From Leucoraja erinacea (taxonomy: Eukaryota), in the NCBI RefSeq assembly GCF_028641065.1, contig NC_073379.1:57722001-57786000 (forward strand): DNA of 64,000 nucleotides, read 5' to 3'. A program made the position numbers and the translations under genes. Of this stretch, positions 61,628 to 64,000 are shown one piece after another (the first letter of the stretch is position 1; each line of letters begins with the position of its first letter). The notes under the pieces were generated by a model. It made no database searches. It saw only the letters and a list, made by a program, of their open reading frames with translations, and was not told where the DNA came from.

Positions 61628-62435
61628 TTCAGTTTAGTTTATTGTTACGTGTACCGAGGTACAGTGAAAATATTTTTGTTACATGCTAACCAGTCAGTAG
61701 AAAGAGAATACATGATTACAATCGATCCATTTACAGTGTATAGATACATGATAAGAGAATAACATTTAGTGCAAGGTAAAGCCATCAAAGTCCGATCAAG
61801 GATAGTCCGAGGGTCATCAAAAAGGTAGATAGCAGTTTAGCACTGCTCTCTGGTTGTGGTAGGATGATTCAGTTGCCTGATAACAACTGGGAAGAAACTG
61901 TCCCTGAACCTGGTGGTGTGCGTTTTCACAATTCTATATCTTTTGCCTGATGGGAGAGGGGAGAAGAGGGAGCGGCCAGGGTGCGATTCATCCTTGATTA
62001 TGCTGCTGACCTTGCCAAGGCAGTGTGATGTTTAAATGGAGTCAATAGAAGGGAGGTTGATTTGTGTGATGGTCTGTGCCGCATCACAATTTGCTGCAAT
62101 TTCTTGGGTTTTGGATGGAGCTGTTCCCAAACCAAGCTCTGATGCATCCTGATAAAATGATAAAATGCTTTCTATGGTGTACCTGTTGGTGAGAGTTATT
62201 GGGGACATTCCGAACTTCCGAAGCCTTCTAAGGAAATATAGGCGTTGGTTTGCTTTCTTGGTCGTTGCTTTTATTGGTCCAGCAGAATTTGTTGGTGATG
62301 TTGATGCTTGGAATTGGGTTTTCAACCATCTCTATGTGGGCACCGTCAATGCAAACTGGGGTTTGTGTATTGCTTCCTGAAGTCGATCACCCTGTCTTGC
62401 TGACATTAAGAGAAAGGTTGTTGTCTCGACACTTA
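61628..62435 (-). mobile_element. Rex1/Babar-type LINE 3' fragment (degenerate)
   Basis: KKANQRLYFLRRLRKFGMSP..TIESIL motif; 3' UTR with AATAAA and (TAAAC) tail. Confidence 0.85.
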
Positions 62436-63207
62436 TCTGAGGTGATGCAAGATCTAGTCACATCCTAACACCGCTCAACATTTCATTTCAATGCATTGCA
62501 CCATTGACCTGCTATGTTCTTGATTGATTACACGGATTTTATTTCAAGTTAAAGTTCTAATGGGTAGTTTGTTACAGTTATTGCTGGGCTGCTCTGCATT
62601 CATAGCATATCTCTTAATAAAATGTACTTTAATTTGCATCAAAAGTCCAGAAGGTAAAACATTGCCAGCTAAAATGCAGTTGATGGTTTAATTAGTTTAC
62701 TTGGTCTAGGGAATGGTCTAAGAACCGGACTATTTAGTCTTTCAAAGGAGACAAAACACATGCCAGTACTGGGATTTGGATTAGATAATAGATAATCAGA
62801 TTGAAGAATCATAGTGCAATAATTTCAGAAAATATATTGGGATTCTATCAATCAGGAAACTCCAACACTCTCAACCTTTGGATGAATGTAGTGATTCAGT
62901 GATATTTTTTGCAGTATACTACACTTAGTCAATGGAGAGAATTTAAGTCATGATTATTTGTGCATTTATTTATGGTGCTGCAGTCAGTAAATCACCTTGG
63001 CCTGTATTTGTACTGATTTACAGTGTGGCACATTGCATGAATTGATCATTTTTTATATGGACAATAATACATAAAGAGTGAAGCAAATGTAATGTCATTA
63101 AGTACATTATTGTAATCAGTAAGTGGTTACCATCGTGAAGAAGTGGTGTGAACAGGATGTAGAAGTGCTATTGGCATTGAAAAGATATCATTCTGCTTCT
63201 TGATTAG

Positions 63208-63305
63208 GTGTCATGAAACGGATGGAATGGCTACTTGAGCTCATGGGACATATTCGAAATGTTGCCTATGGGTCAACTCCTATGCAGAAGCCAGATTCAG
63301 AAGAG
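63208..63305 (+). CDS. FOCAD: FOCAD exon w17 (GVMKRMEWLLELMGHIRNVAYGSTPMQKPDSEE)
   Basis: Acceptor tgattag|; donor GAG|gtatgc; 98 nt; phase 1/0. Confidence 0.95.
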
Positions 63306-63962
63306 GTATGCTTATCTGGGGGGTTTCTTTTGAGGCAGAGTATATTTCAAACTTAAATGTAATTATTTGAATTTTACCAATCATTCTCTATTTTATCAAG
63401 CTAATGGTATCCCAAAGAAACTGGTAAGATTGTGCCAGAGTGGATCCACAAATGATGGGCCAAGAGCTACACATTTACATACACATCCTTATATCTCAGC
63501 AGGGTTGCTGTTGTGTGAATGTCAACGAGAACATTTTGCAGTTCACTTAAACTATAATTTGTAGCATGGCATGTTGTTTCTGCAAAATACTTGAAAATAC
63601 TTATTTACACGATCTAGTAAATCTTGATGTTCCTTTTAAATATAATTAATCCTTTGAAAATGCACTGCGCAGTCTTGCAACAAGTTTCAGCAGACTGATT
63701 GTCTGTTTAAGTTTAATGGCATTTTTTCCTTCGGTGGAGCTGTAGAAGTTGATGAAATGAAAGAAAAGCCATACACTTATTTATTACAGTTTAATTATAC
63801 CTGACAAGGCTCACAAAAGTGATGAATAAAATAGCTTTTATTGAAGTTTTCTTTTTAAAATGTCTGAACAAGCTGCAATGTTGTGAAGAATTAGTTCTAG
63901 CTTGTTGGAGTTATTCACAATGCCCAATAGATTCACCAGGTTTCTGCTGTATTTTTGTCAAG

Positions 63963-64000
63963 GCCACAGACTTTGTGCTGCAGATATTTGCTGCTGCTGT
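63963..64000 (+). CDS. FOCAD: FOCAD exon w18, partial (ATDFVLQIFAAAV...)
   Basis: Acceptor tgtcaag|. The peptide parallels human ALDFFLLIFATAV as I recall it. Truncated by the window end. Confidence 0.85.

Larger units (their letters stand above)
2705..64000 (+). other. FOCAD: FOCAD (focadhesin / KIAA1797) gene body, internal 18-exon segment; gene extends beyond both window edges
   Basis: The spliced translation follows my recollection of human focadhesin in order: SPVVxGN.., SYSGExTASAIARS, LPGKPxADES, MNLLLMKSLDALE, GCILGVGLVLSLMSHS, CGHGKAEDL, PPVNWAxxLSPLMRLNFG, YLVSQGR, KRMEWLLELMG. All junctions are GT-AG with matching phases and no stops. Confidence 0.96.

Overview
This is vertebrate genomic DNA, not a prokaryotic locus. 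The repeat content (V-SINE/HE1-type SINEs, abundant CR1 LINEs, Rex1, Penelope-like elements) points to a cartilaginous fish, probably a skate or ray (inference). The window lies inside one + strand multi-exon gene, FOCAD (focadhesin/KIAA1797). I resolved 18 consecutive internal coding exons between 2705 and 64000 (about 2190 nt, about 729 codons) with GT-AG junctions and consistent phases; the last exon is cut by the window edge. Exons are numbered w1-w18 within this window only. Introns are packed with transposable elements: at least two CR1 subfamilies, Rex1/Babar, Penelope remnants and pseudo-LTRs, V-SINEs, a Tc1 DD34E relic, Tigger/pogo-type and Harbinger-type MITEs, non-autonomous Helitron-like elements and a VNTR-containing composite retroposon. 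There are three assembly gaps. Most ORFs in the supplied track are TE fragments or noise. The best leads are: (i) dispersed Penelope-derived minimal hammerhead-ribozyme motifs, plus a related 89-bp unit that inserted on its own with a 15-bp target-site duplication (TSD); (ii) a closely related inverted CR1 pair bracketing two phase-0 exons whose 201-nt circle would be a stop-free ORF; (iii) an SVA-like composite retroposon; (iv) Helitron-like elements with a non-canonical CGAG end; (v) three long intronic hairpins. All family assignments come from motif recognition by eye, with no database searches.
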